DNA of 32,000 bases from Aciduliprofundum boonei T469 (GCF_000025665.1 NC_013926.1:150001-182000); one strand, 5' to 3'. Positions 7,916 to 18,492 are shown, counted from the first letter of the stretch. Program-made: numbers and translations. The notes: a model not told the origin generated them from the letters alone.

Positions 7916-7990
7916 AGCAGAAGATATTTGGGAATGTATTTAATACTTCGCCTTAGCAAGATTTTTTATTGAGCGTTCTTATAGACCCGT

Positions 7991-9061
7991 ATGCTCTTTC
8001 TTTCCACTACGGTGCATGGCTTGGAAGACATAGCAGCAAGGGAAATAGAGAAATTTGGCGCAAGAATTTTGGAATTGAAAACTGGAAAAGTTATATACGA
8101 AGGAAATGAAGAATTAATTTACAGATTAAATTATGGGGCTAAAAGAATATTTCGCATTGCAGTAATCCTCTCGATGGGAAAGATAAAGGAATTGGAGGAT
8201 ACAAGAAAATTCGTGCAAGAAGCAGATTTTTGCATAAATACCACGTTTGCCGTGAGAACTAAGAGAAGAGGAGAGCATGATTTCACGAGCATGGATGTGA
8301 ATGCAGTTGTTGGAGAGGAAATTTTGAAAAAATGTCCAAAGGCGAAGGTGAATTTAGACAACCCAAATTTAACATTCCTATGCTGGGTTGATAATGAGAA
8401 TTTTATATTTACCATAGACACCACTGGCGAGAGTTTGCACCGCAGGGGATATCGCATATATCAGCATCCTGCCCCAATAAATCCAGTACTCGCCTCTTTG
8501 ATGCTTAAGTTTGCGGGATGGAATGGAGAGAAAATGGTAGATCCTTTCTGTGGCTCTGGGACTATTCCGATAGAGGCATATCACAATTACAACAGAGTCC
8601 CAAACAAGTTCAGGACATTCAATTTTCCCAAACTTCCTTTTTTTGATGAGGCTCTTTGGAATGGTATAAAGGAAGAAATGGATAAAAGCGAGAGAAATAA
8701 GAGATTGGAGCTGTATTGCGTTGAAAAATTCAAAAAGCATGTGAATGGGTGCAAGTTAAATGCTAAAAATGCAGGAGCAAGGTTCTCATGCCTACAGGGA
8801 GATGCAGAGAACATGCACAAATTTGTTGATTATGCACCTTTTATAATAACAAACCCTCCATTCGGACTGCGCATAGGCTCAAAGAAGAAGATTTTCAAAT
8901 TATATGAGGAGTTTGCAAAAGAGCTTGAAGAGCATTTCTCCGGCGCAATCTTAACTCTAATAATTCCTTACAAAAAATTTGAAAATTATTTTGAAGTGCT
9001 TGAGAAGAGAGACATTATGTACGGAGAACTGCAAACAAAAATTTACAGGTTTAAAATATAA
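7991..9061 (+). CDS. THUMP-domain RNA (guanine-N2) methyltransferase, Trm14/TrmN/RlmL-like
   Basis: N-terminal ferredoxin-like/THUMP region. SAM motif I is VDPFCGSGTIPIEA and catalytic motif IV is IITNPPFGLRIG. Divergently transcribed from flpA. Confidence 0.75.
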   Translation: MLFLSTTVHGLEDIAAREIEKFGARILELKTGKVIYEGNEELIYRLNYGAKRIFRIAVILSMGKIKELEDTRKFVQEADFCINTTFAVRTKRRGEHDFTSMDVNAVVGEEILKKCPKAKVNLDNPNLTFLCWVDNENFIFTIDTTGESLHRRGYRIYQHPAPINPVLASLMLKFAGWNGEKMVDPFCGSGTIPIEAYHNYNRVPNKFRTFNFPKLPFFDEALWNGIKEEMDKSERNKRLELYCVEKFKKHVNGCKLNAKNAGARFSCLQGDAENMHKFVDYAPFIITNPPFGLRIGSKKKIFKLYEEFAKELEEHFSGAILTLIIPYKKFENYFEVLEKRDIMYGELQTKIYRFKI

Positions 9062-9066
9062 AAAAA

Positions 9067-10398
9067 TTAGGAGAGATTGTGTTTCTTGAGGAAGTCATTA
9101 AGAATATCCTCAAGATCAGGCTTGCCTATCTCATCTAATTCGTAGCGCACGCGCACAATAGGCTTATTCACCTTAACCACGCGGTTGAGGTCTATTGGAG
9201 TGCCGCTCACAACCACGTCCGCATCCGCGTTATTTATCGTCTCTTCAAGTTCTTTCATCTGCTTCTCACCGTAACCCATTGCTGGCAATATCACATGGAG
9301 ATGCGTGTATTTCTTGTATGTGTCCACTATGGAGCCAACGGCGTAAGGCCTTGGATCTATTATCTCCTTCGCTCCAAATTTCTTTGCTGCCACATAGCCA
9401 GCACCGTATCTCATTCCTCCATGCGTAAGAGTGGGGCCATCTTCCACCACGAGCACTTTCTTGCCCTTTATCAATTCCGGCTTATCCACGAATAAAGGTG
9501 AGGCAGCCTCGATCACTATTGCATTTGGATTTGCCTTCTCGATGCTATTGTATATCTCCTGAATATCGTCACGGTTCGCGGTATCCATCTTGTTGATTAT
9601 GATTACATCTGCCGCTCTGAAATTCGTCTCACCTGGATGATATTTCATCTCGTGCCCGGGACGATGAGGATCAGCCACCACAATCCAAAGATCAGGCTTG
9701 TAGAACGGGAAGTCGTTGTTTCCGCCATCCCATATTATAACATCCGCTTCCTTCTCCGCCTCTCTCAGAATTGCTTCGTAATCCACGCCCGCATACACAA
9801 CTCCACCCATATCTATGTATGGCTCGTACTCTTCTCTCTCTTCGATTGTGCATTCATTCTTATCCAAATCTTCGTATGATGCAAATCTCTGCACACGCTG
9901 CTTAACCAAATCTCCGTAGGGCATAGGATGCCTGATGGACACAACTTTCAATCCCTTCTCTCTCAATAATTTGAATATCTTGCGAGAGGTTTGGCTCTTT
10001 CCGCTTCCAGTGCGCACGGCCGTTACAGCTATCACGGGCTTGCTGCTTTTAAGCATTGTACTCTCTGGGCCCAAAAGCCAGAAATCAGCCCCAGCGGCAT
10101 GAGCTCTGGATGCGAGGTCCATAACATGCTCGTGGGGTACATCGCTGTAAGCAAATACCACTATATCCACGCCCTTCTCCTTGATTATTTTCTCCATATC
10201 GTCCTCTGCTAGAATGGGTATGCCATCCGGGTAGAGATCTCCCGCAAGCTCAGGAGGATAAACTCTACCCTCTATATCAGGAATCTGCGTAGCCGTGAAC
10301 GCCACTACCTCATAGTTAGGGTTGTTTCTAAAGAAAACATTGAAATTGTGGAAATCTCTTCCCGCTGCTCCCAATATCAAAACCTTCCTCTTTTCCAT
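9067..10398 (-). CDS. COG2403-type P-loop protein (predicted GTPase / cyclic 2,3-diphosphoglycerate synthetase-like)
   Basis: 443-aa ORF with Walker A AVRTGSGKSQTSRK and N-terminal VLILGAAGRDFHNFN. The architecture is as I recall for the COG2403 family. The assignment is by recognition only. Confidence 0.55.
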   Translation of the reverse strand: MEKRKVLILGAAGRDFHNFNVFFRNNPNYEVVAFTATQIPDIEGRVYPPELAGDLYPDGIPILAEDDMEKIIKEKGVDIVVFAYSDVPHEHVMDLASRAHAAGADFWLLGPESTMLKSSKPVIAVTAVRTGSGKSQTSRKIFKLLREKGLKVVSIRHPMPYGDLVKQRVQRFASYEDLDKNECTIEEREEYEPYIDMGGVVYAGVDYEAILREAEKEADVIIWDGGNNDFPFYKPDLWIVVADPHRPGHEMKYHPGETNFRAADVIIINKMDTANRDDIQEIYNSIEKANPNAIVIEAASPLFVDKPELIKGKKVLVVEDGPTLTHGGMRYGAGYVAAKKFGAKEIIDPRPYAVGSIVDTYKKYTHLHVILPAMGYGEKQMKELEETINNADADVVVSGTPIDLNRVVKVNKPIVRVRYELDEIGKPDLEDILNDFLKKHNLS

Positions 10399-10506
10399 TT
10401 ACATCACCTCATGCGGACATGGGGAGGATTTATATTAATATTGCTAAAATGAAATTCACTCAAAAATTTTATATTAGGCACTCGCATGGGAAATGGGGAT
10501 TTAAAA

Positions 10507-13500
10507 ATGAAATTTAGAATGATGCTTATACTCTTTATAACCGCAATTTTCATAATTCAAATCCTATCTGGCAATATTACCTATGGGATGGCTCCTAAAG
10601 AAAATGCAAATCCGATAAAAGATATTGAAAATGAACTCAATGGCAAAATTATCATTGAGAAATATAAAAATTTAATCTATGCCGTATATACCAAGCAAAG
10701 AATGCAGAATTCTTATCTCTTAATCTACAATGGCTCTTGGAGCAAGCCAGTATATGTAGGGGGAGAGTGCCCATCTTTACTCGTTAATGCTCACGGAATT
10801 TTCATAACATCTTCCATAAATCATACTCCATACATTTATTACTTCTCGCAAGGAAAATGGGAGAGTAAAAAGTTATCCAATTCATACGCAACAATAACGA
10901 ATCTCACATACATAAATTCAAAACTTCTTATTTTCTGGAGTGGCAAGACATCCCTTTGGCTCACAATATTTGGAAAAACAAGTGAAAATGTAAAAATTGC
11001 AAATGCAAATTACCCGATCAGAGAGATTCATACCCATGGATTTTCGGTAACAATCAAGATGGAAAGTGAGAGTGCGTGGATATACAGAACATACAGTTCT
11101 TTCAATCTTCATCAATGGTACCTTTTAAAAGAGGAAACGAAAGAAAAGCCCTTAAAGATTTATGATTATTCATACCCAACTTCAAATCACTATGCAAAAT
11201 GGACTTTTATGGTGTATATGGATGGAGATAACTCCCTCTCGGATGCCACAGAAGGTGACTTAAGTGAGATGGAAAGGGGATACCAGAACACATCATATGT
11301 TAATGTGCTCGTTCTCTGGGATAAGGATGGCAATGGAGATACTAAACTAATAGAAATTAAAAATGGAGGTTATGAGGTGCTATCTGCACCATGGATGAAG
11401 AGCGAACTTGATATGGGAAATCCAGATACCTTGGTAGATTTCGTGGTTTGGGCAATGAAAACCTATCCTGCCCAGCATTATTTTCTGGATTTATGGGACC
11501 ACGGTGGAGACTACAGCGGTGCAATGTGGGACGAAACCTCTGGCTCTCATCTATCCCTTAAAGATTTACACTACGCTGCCGAAGAGATAAAAAAGAAAAC
11601 AGGAGGAGTGGATATCTGGGGCTATGACGCATGTCTTATGGATGCTGGTGCGGATAACTATGAAATTAGAAATGCCACAAAGATCATTGTAGCTTCTGAG
11701 CACACCGAAGGTGACGATGGATGGGATTACAATGCTATTCTATATGGGTTAACATCTGACCCAAATATGAGTGCAGAGAATTTTGCCAGATACTTCGTGG
11801 AGCATGTGGATGATGAGAATTTACATTTTTCAATATCTACCATGGCTGCTATAAACACTACCGCTCTAGAATTTTTTATGAACTCTTACAACCAATTTGC
11901 TCAAGCAGTAAGAGCCAAAGCAGGCAGTAACAACACGGAGATCAAAGAAGCTTTTCAGAATGCAGTAAGTGCTGATACCAAGTACTGGCACTCTGGAAAG
12001 GACCTAGGAGATCTTGCAAAGGAAATACTAAAGTATGTAGGTGATAGCAACATAAGATACTGGGCAAAGAGCATGTTAGATAACGCTACCAAGAGTGTCA
12101 TTGCGTACTACGACTCTGATACAAACGGAAGGAAAATGATGATGGCTGAAACAATTGAGCCCGCACAAACATCTACATTCTCCATTTTCAAGGACTACCA
12201 ATGGGATGAGATGCTAAATCAGGTTTACAACATTGAAAAGGACGATACTAACAAAGCACCTTCGTGCCAGATTGAGAGCAGTAAAAATATAACACTTCAA
12301 TGGGGAGATGAGATAGCAGTGTACGGCAGTGCAAGGGACGATAATTCTATAGAGTATGTGGAGATGAAAATTGATAGAGGGCCATGGTTCAGAATTGGAG
12401 GGGCACAATGGAGCTATCAGATAAATACAACTCATCTCAGTATAGGGACCCATTACATATTTGTGCGGGCTTATGATGGAGACCTATACTCCCAGAATGA
12501 ATACATAACTTTACACATACTGCCCCCACCATTACCAGATTTAACCATATCAAAAGATGATATAAAATTAAACACCTCAAAACCAACTGAGGGAGATAAT
12601 ATAACCATAACCTTAACTGTGCACAACATAGGAATTAAAAATGCAGAGAATGTAACGGCGAGCATATACCTTGATTCTACTTATCCTCAGCAGGAAATAG
12701 GAACCGTAAACTTGGGGAACATTTCTATAGGGAAAAGTAAAAATGCAAGTATAGTTTGGAACACTTCTGGGCTCATGGGAAAACATAGGATAATAGTCTA
12801 TGTGGATAAAAACAACAAAATAAAAGAGATTGATGAAAATAATAACAACGCATCCATTCCAATCTTCATTTATTATCCTCCTTCACCTCCATTAACTCCC
12901 ACAGCAAAGATAGGTAAAAACTCAATTTTTATCTCTTGGCTCGCACCAATGGATGATGGGGGCTTTCCTATAAAAGGATATAGAATATATAGAGGTACCC
13001 AAAAATCAAATCTCTCCCTCACCTATGAAATTAAAGGAAACATCACAGAATTCTCAGATTATAACATAACTCCCGATGTCAGATACTACTATGCTATCAG
13101 CGCATTTACCGATGCGGGAGAATCAAAATTGAGTGAAGAGATAAGTGCGTTCGCAGATAATATCAAACCTTGGATTAGAATAAACTCACCATATAACAAC
13201 TCTATAGCCAACAAGAGCCACTTTATGCTCACCTGGAAAGGAAACGATTCACAAAGCGGTCTAAACCATTTTGAGATAAGATGGGATAACAGAAGTTGGA
13301 TAAATGTTGGACTTGAAAGAAGTTATAAAATTTATTTGAGCAATGGAAAGCATCACATCTTCGTTAAAGCCGTTGATAATGCAGGTAACTTCAACATATC
13401 TGAGATAAAGGTGTTAGTAGATACCTCACCCCCCACATTGAAAATAAGTTATCCAACTAAAGATGTGATCTTGAACATAAGCAATTTTGAAATCAATTTC

Positions 13501-14160
13501 AATGTATCTGATAATTTATCTGGAGTAAGTAGATGCTATTTTAGAATCGATAAGGGGTTGTGGAAAACAATCAATAACGATACTCTAAAAATATCCGTTA
13601 ACGATGGCCCCCATGTAATCTATCTCAAAGCCGTGGATAGGGCTGGAAATATTGCCTACAAAGAGAGAAGCTTTACCGTGGATACTACTCCTCCTGAAAT
13701 ATATTCAATAAGCCCACCAAGCAATTATACGCTCAATATAAAATATAGCAATCTCACAATAGGATGGTTAGCAAGAGATAACCTTGGCATTGCCTATTTC
13801 GCCATCAAAATAAATAATGGCTCTTGGATAGACTTAGGAATGAATGAGACTTACACCGTAAAAAACCCAAGACAGGAAAACTACACAATTCTGATAAAAG
13901 TGGTGGATCTAGCTGGAAATTACGAGATTAAAAAGATTACAATAAGATGTATTATCGATTCGGATGGAGATGGAGTTCCCGATAACGAGGATGCATTTCC
14001 CCATAATCCCAAGGAGTGGAAGGATGGCGATGGAGATGGTATAGGGGATAACGAAGATTTCTTGCCACACTTCAACAATTACATATTCTATGCTCTAATA
14101 ACCTTGCTCATCATTTCAATTGCAGCAATAATAAAAATTAAAAAATTTAGGAGACAATGA
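10507..14160 (+). CDS. Surface-anchored multidomain clostripain-family (peptidase C11) protease
   Basis: Signal peptide MKFRMMLILFITAIFIIQILSG. ATG 10507 lies about 30 nt after TATA-like AAAATTTTATATTA at 10463-10476; the track start is 10486. C11 hallmarks are WTFMVYMDGDNSL, a His-Gly site at LDLWDHGGDY (His codon 11500-11502), and Cys at WGYDACLMDAG (Cys codon 11632-11634), 44 residues apart. These are followed by a CARDB-like domain (PDLTISKDD...TEGDNITITLTVHNIG...ENNNNASI) and an FN3 domain (PSPPL...ISWLAPMDDGGFPIKGYRIYRG). Next come 3-4 Ig-like modules ending in KAVDNAGN...VDTSPP, then thrombospondin-type-3-like Ca-binding repeats (DSDGDGVPDNEDAFP..DGDGDGIGDNEDFLP). The C-terminus is a TM plus basic tail. 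Confidence 0.8.
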   Translation: MKFRMMLILFITAIFIIQILSGNITYGMAPKENANPIKDIENELNGKIIIEKYKNLIYAVYTKQRMQNSYLLIYNGSWSKPVYVGGECPSLLVNAHGIFITSSINHTPYIYYFSQGKWESKKLSNSYATITNLTYINSKLLIFWSGKTSLWLTIFGKTSENVKIANANYPIREIHTHGFSVTIKMESESAWIYRTYSSFNLHQWYLLKEETKEKPLKIYDYSYPTSNHYAKWTFMVYMDGDNSLSDATEGDLSEMERGYQNTSYVNVLVLWDKDGNGDTKLIEIKNGGYEVLSAPWMKSELDMGNPDTLVDFVVWAMKTYPAQHYFLDLWDHGGDYSGAMWDETSGSHLSLKDLHYAAEEIKKKTGGVDIWGYDACLMDAGADNYEIRNATKIIVASEHTEGDDGWDYNAILYGLTSDPNMSAENFARYFVEHVDDENLHFSISTMAAINTTALEFFMNSYNQFAQAVRAKAGSNNTEIKEAFQNAVSADTKYWHSGKDLGDLAKEILKYVGDSNIRYWAKSMLDNATKSVIAYYDSDTNGRKMMMAETIEPAQTSTFSIFKDYQWDEMLNQVYNIEKDDTNKAPSCQIESSKNITLQWGDEIAVYGSARDDNSIEYVEMKIDRGPWFRIGGAQWSYQINTTHLSIGTHYIFVRAYDGDLYSQNEYITLHILPPPLPDLTISKDDIKLNTSKPTEGDNITITLTVHNIGIKNAENVTASIYLDSTYPQQEIGTVNLGNISIGKSKNASIVWNTSGLMGKHRIIVYVDKNNKIKEIDENNNNASIPIFIYYPPSPPLTPTAKIGKNSIFISWLAPMDDGGFPIKGYRIYRGTQKSNLSLTYEIKGNITEFSDYNITPDVRYYYAISAFTDAGESKLSEEISAFADNIKPWIRINSPYNNSIANKSHFMLTWKGNDSQSGLNHFEIRWDNRSWINVGLERSYKIYLSNGKHHIFVKAVDNAGNFNISEIKVLVDTSPPTLKISYPTKDVILNISNFEINFNVSDNLSGVSRCYFRIDKGLWKTINNDTLKISVNDGPHVIYLKAVDRAGNIAYKERSFTVDTTPPEIYSISPPSNYTLNIKYSNLTIGWLARDNLGIAYFAIKINNGSWIDLGMNETYTVKNPRQENYTILIKVVDLAGNYEIKKITIRCIIDSDGDGVPDNEDAFPHNPKEWKDGDGDGIGDNEDFLPHFNNYIFYALITLLIISIAAIIKIKKFRRQ

Positions 14161-17100
14161 CCAATTTTATAGTCATTCCATCAATGCTCCATTCTTTCTG
14201 GTATCCTTTCTTTTCTCCCTCTTCAAGCTCTATGCTCTGCGTCTCTCTCATAATGTAATCTCTGAACTTTTCTATGGCCCTTTTAAGATTTTCATCTCCC
14301 TCATAAAATGTCTTTATCTTCTGGGCATATTGTAAATCCATATCCTTGCGCATGGCCTGAATTCTTCTCACAATCTCCCTCGCCAATCCCTCCAAGCGCA
14401 GTTCTTCAGTTATATTCGTATCAAGATATACCACCATGGGCAATCCTTCCACTTCAACTGAAAGTATGCCCTGAGATGGTTTCTCAACGATATTGATATC
14501 CTCTTCAGTCAATATGTACCCTGCAATTTCAACTCCATTCTTTATTTTCTTGGCTATTTCCTCTGCTGGAAGTTTTTCAAGCTCTTTTAGGACTTTCTTC
14601 ATATCCCCTTTCAACTTGGGACCCAAAACTCTATAATTTGGCTTAATTTCAATACTTACCATTGAACCTGCGGAGGACTCTATTTTTATCTCTTTAACAT
14701 TGACCTCTTCTCTAAGAACATCCACAAATTTCTCTATTATTGGATGGAATTTTTCATCTGCCACTATAGTCATAGAAGCAAGTGGTTGCCTGAGTTTTAT
14801 GTTTGCCAATTGTCTCGCTCTTCTACCTGCCTCTGCAATTCTTATAGCAACATTCATTTCCTCTTCAAGCTTTTTATTTATAAGCTCTTTCCGTGGCCTG
14901 GGGTACTCTTCCAGATGCACACTCTCTTTCTTCCCCCACAGATTACCGTACATGTACTCTGCGAAGAATGGAGTAAAAGGAGCTAAAAGTTTTGCCAATT
15001 CTTTAAGAGCAAGATAAAGGGATGTATAAGCAGATATCTTGTCCTCTCCGACCTCTTCTTTCCAGAAGCGGCGGCGCGAGCGTCTTAAATACCAGTTACT
15101 GAGCTCGTCTATGAAGACCTCAATTGCCTTTGTGGCTTTGTGTATATCCAAAGAATCCAGATTTTTTCTAACCTCCACAATAGTAGTATTCAGGCGCGAG
15201 AGGAGCCAACTATCCAATTCGTTTTTAATCTCCCCTATTTTATCAGGGGTGAAATTATCCAAAGAGGCATTGTTCTTGAAAAATACATAAACATTCCAAA
15301 GTGTCATCAATGTCTTTTGAGCATACTCCCGTACCAAATTCTCTGAAAAGCGGCGGCTCTTCCAAACAGGAGTGGAGTAGAAGTAGAGACGCACTGCATC
15401 TGCACCAACATTATTCATTATTTCCATTGGATCAACTGCATTACCCTTGCTCTTGCTCATCTTCTCCCCATCTTCATCCAAAATCAAGCCTAGAGTTAGA
15501 ACATTCTTATAGGGTGCTCTATTGAAAACAACTGTGGATATGGCCATAAGGGTGTAGAACCAGCCACGGGTTTGATCCAAGGCCTCCGTTATGAAATCAA
15601 CCGGAAATGAACGCTCAAATTCATCCTTATTCTCATACGGATAATGGAACTGGGCAAAGGGAGCGCTTCCAGAATCAAACCACACATCTATGAGATACGG
15701 CTCCCTTTTCATTTCCTTACCGCAAACAGGACATTTTATCTTGAGTTCATCCACATAGGGCCTGTGCAACTCAAAATGCTCAGGAATACTATCTGGCTCT
15801 GCATGCTTTAACAAGTCCTCTTTACCTTCTGGTATGAAAACATGTCCATCTGGGCAAGTCCAAACCGGTAATGGTGTACCCCAGTATCTGTTGCGTGATA
15901 GGGCCCAATCTTTAACCTCTTCCAAGAAATTTCCAAAGCGACCGTGTTTAAGGTGCTCGGGCTTCCAATTTACTGTTTCGTTATTCTTGATTAATTCCTC
16001 TCTCTTTTTACTCATTCTTATATACCAGGTATCGAGAGCATAGTAGAGTAGGGGTGTTCCACACCGCCAGCAATGGGGGTAGCTATGCTCCACCTTCTCT
16101 TTTTTGTATAGCTTTCCCTCCTTTTTTAGCCATTCTATTATGTGGTTATCTGCATCCTTCACAAACATGCCTTTCCATGGGGTATCCGTAAACTTGCCCT
16201 CTTCATCTACCGGCTTTATCAAAGGTATGCCTTCTCTCTTGCAAACATTGTAATCGTCCTCACCAAAAGCGGGGGCTATATGCACTATACCTGTACCATC
16301 CTCAGTGCTTACAAAATCGGCAGTGGTAACATAGAAGGCGTCAAAATTAACAGGTACATAAGGTATCAAGCGCTCGTATCTCTTGCCTTTGAGCTGAGAG
16401 CCTTTGAGCTCTTTTAATATTTTAGCCTCCCCCAAAACTTCTTTTAATCGGGCCTTTGCTATATAATATCTCTCTCCATCCTTCTCTACCAGCACATAAT
16501 CTATATCCTCACCCACAGCCAATAGGAGATTTGAAGGTAATGTCCATGGTGTCGTGGTCCAAACAAGGAAGTATGCATTTTCATCTTTAACTTTGAACTT
16601 TACATAAACCGATGGGTCTTTCACATTTTTGTAACCCTGCGCAACCTCATGACTGCTGAGAGGTGTGCCACATCTTGGACAATAAGGTACAACTTTGTAA
16701 TCTTTTACCAGCAAACCTTCTTCGTACATTTTTTTCAAGGCCCACCAAACACTTTCAATGTAATAATCCTCCATGGTAACATAGGCATTTTCCATATCAA
16801 TCCAGAAACCTATGCGCTTGGTCATCTTAATCCATTCATCACGATACTTGAAAACGCTCTCCCGGCAAAGCTTGTTAAACTCCCTTATCCCGAATTTTTC
16901 AATCTCTCTCTTTGAGTTGATACCCAATTTTTTCTCAACCTCTATTTCCACAGGCAAGCCATGGCAGTCCCACCCACCGATCCAGGGTTGTATATCATAT
17001 CCATCCATCGCCTTATAACGGAGAATTATATCCTTAACTGAACGGGTTAAAGCATGACCAATATGGGGCATACCGTTGGCAGTAGGAGGACCCTCGAGAA

Positions 17101-17221
17101 AAATGAATCTCTCATTCCCCCTATTCTTCTCTCTTAATTTTTCAAATATCTTACCCTCTTCCCATTTCCGCAATATCTCCTCTTCAACCTTTGGAAAATC
17201 AGCAATGTTCTTTATTTCCAT
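14147..17221 (-). CDS. ileS: Isoleucyl-tRNA synthetase
   Basis: Class I signatures are PPTANGMPHIGHALT (HIGH) and EKMSKSKGN (KMSKS). A CP1 editing region and zinc-knuckle-like CPRCGT/CWRCGT/CPVCG motifs are present. ATG 17221 (MEIKNIADFPK) avoids overlap with the upstream gene; the track start is 17260. The 3' end overlaps the convergent protease gene by 14 nt. Confidence 0.93.
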   Translation of the reverse strand: MEIKNIADFPKVEEEILRKWEEGKIFEKLREKNRGNERFIFLEGPPTANGMPHIGHALTRSVKDIILRYKAMDGYDIQPWIGGWDCHGLPVEIEVEKKLGINSKREIEKFGIREFNKLCRESVFKYRDEWIKMTKRIGFWIDMENAYVTMEDYYIESVWWALKKMYEEGLLVKDYKVVPYCPRCGTPLSSHEVAQGYKNVKDPSVYVKFKVKDENAYFLVWTTTPWTLPSNLLLAVGEDIDYVLVEKDGERYYIAKARLKEVLGEAKILKELKGSQLKGKRYERLIPYVPVNFDAFYVTTADFVSTEDGTGIVHIAPAFGEDDYNVCKREGIPLIKPVDEEGKFTDTPWKGMFVKDADNHIIEWLKKEGKLYKKEKVEHSYPHCWRCGTPLLYYALDTWYIRMSKKREELIKNNETVNWKPEHLKHGRFGNFLEEVKDWALSRNRYWGTPLPVWTCPDGHVFIPEGKEDLLKHAEPDSIPEHFELHRPYVDELKIKCPVCGKEMKREPYLIDVWFDSGSAPFAQFHYPYENKDEFERSFPVDFITEALDQTRGWFYTLMAISTVVFNRAPYKNVLTLGLILDEDGEKMSKSKGNAVDPMEIMNNVGADAVRLYFYSTPVWKSRRFSENLVREYAQKTLMTLWNVYVFFKNNASLDNFTPDKIGEIKNELDSWLLSRLNTTIVEVRKNLDSLDIHKATKAIEVFIDELSNWYLRRSRRRFWKEEVGEDKISAYTSLYLALKELAKLLAPFTPFFAEYMYGNLWGKKESVHLEEYPRPRKELINKKLEEEMNVAIRIAEAGRRARQLANIKLRQPLASMTIVADEKFHPIIEKFVDVLREEVNVKEIKIESSAGSMVSIEIKPNYRVLGPKLKGDMKKVLKELEKLPAEEIAKKIKNGVEIAGYILTEEDINIVEKPSQGILSVEVEGLPMVVYLDTNITEELRLEGLAREIVRRIQAMRKDMDLQYAQKIKTFYEGDENLKRAIEKFRDYIMRETQSIELEEGEKKGYQKEWSIDGMTIKLVIVS

Positions 17222-17243
17222 GGGTGCGGGATTGAGGAAAACA

Positions 17244-17750
17244 TTATAAATATTTCTCAAAATACTTAGTTCCCTCCTTTACTTTTTCCACCGCATTTTT
17301 ACTCACTCTTCTGCTCTTCTCAACATTCCTGCCCCAGAGGGTTAAAAAGGAATCATTCGACATATATCTTCCCTCAAACAGATAAAAAGAGCCTACGAAA
17401 AGAAGTATTGTGTAGAGCAATCCAAGATAATCTGCAGAAAGAGTAGAGATGAAGAACTTTATAGATTCGGAGAGAATGATACTTCCTATTGTATAAACTA
17501 AAAGGAAAAACAGCCAGAAAAATAGCCACAGATAAATAAATGATGTTGGACTTGCATTAAATCCTTTTTTCTTAGCAAGATTGGAGTCATGAATATAAGA
17601 GGCTACCTTCTTTCCAGATAAAATGGGAGAGATAAAAGCCATAAAAGTTAGAATATAGAGCACGATACTCTCCATTCTAATAAAATCAAGTATGAACAAA
17701 GATGTTCCAAAGATGAGAAGAATTATTCCTAAAACTTTTCTCCAGTTCAT
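17244..17750 (-). CDS. Small integral membrane protein of unknown function (about 4 TM)
   Basis: Hydrophobic segments [54 protein letters not shown] and [21 protein letters not shown] overlap with the deoC stop. No recognisable family. Confidence 0.55.
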   Translation of the reverse strand: MNWRKVLGIILLIFGTSLFILDFIRMESIVLYILTFMAFISPILSGKKVASYIHDSNLAKKKGFNASPTSFIYLWLFFWLFFLLVYTIGSIILSESIKFFISTLSADYLGLLYTILLFVGSFYLFEGRYMSNDSFLTLWGRNVEKSRRVSKNAVEKVKEGTKYFEKYL

Positions 17751-18415
17751 ATCAATTCCAGCGTTTCAATAATCTCCACACTTCTGCTAGCTCCTATTCT
17801 TGTCGCTCCCGCCTCTATCATTGCAATTGCCTGCTTTGCATTATGTATTCCGCCAGCGGCTTTTACACCCATATCATTGCCAACCACACTGCGCATCAAT
17901 TTAACATCTTCAACCTTCGCTCCCGCTGTGCCGAACCCAGTGGAGGTCTTCACAAAATCTGCACCTGCTTTCTTGGCAAGTTCGCATGCCTTAATTTTCT
18001 CCTCATCGCTTAGATAGCATGTCTCAATTATCACCTTTACCTTGGCGCCCATTGGATGCACCGCTTCAACAACTTCTCTTATATCTCTTTCCACAAATCC
18101 ATAATCTCCATCCTTCATAGCCCCTATGTTCATAACCATATCAATCTCATCCGCACCGTTGCGAACGGCCATTATCGCCTCTTGAACCTTTGTTTCGGTG
18201 AATGTTGCCCCCAGAGGAAAACCAACAACGGAAGCGATTTTTATATCCGTGCCTTTCAAGAACTCGGCAGCATCCTTAACCCTGTATGGATTTACGCACA
18301 CCGCATAGAATCCATACTCTTTCGCCTCCTCGCACAATCTCTTTATGTCTTCCCTTGTGGCAAAGGCCTTCAAATTTGTATGGTCAATATATTTTGCAAG
18401 CTCCCTGGCATCCAT
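17747..18415 (-). CDS. deoC: Deoxyribose-phosphate aldolase
   Basis: [24 protein letters not shown], the Schiff-base lysine context [10 protein letters not shown], and VKAAGGI. This is the typical DERA class I aldolase pattern and length (222 aa). Confidence 0.88.
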
Positions 18416-18492
18416 AGACCAAATACTGCATTTTAAGATTTAAATTTTTGCAAAAAGGAATAATTTTTATTCAATTACCTCATACCATTTTT

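Noticed and set aside
8131-8820. Minus-strand ORFs 8131-8457, 8378-8740 and 8587-8820
   Set aside because: They are antisense to the THUMP methyltransferase gene, which has clear motifs. They overlap each other in different frames.
14308-17018. Multiple plus-strand ORFs of 62-105 aa within 14308-17018
   Set aside because: All are antisense to ileS, whose identity is unambiguous (HIGH and KMSKS motifs).
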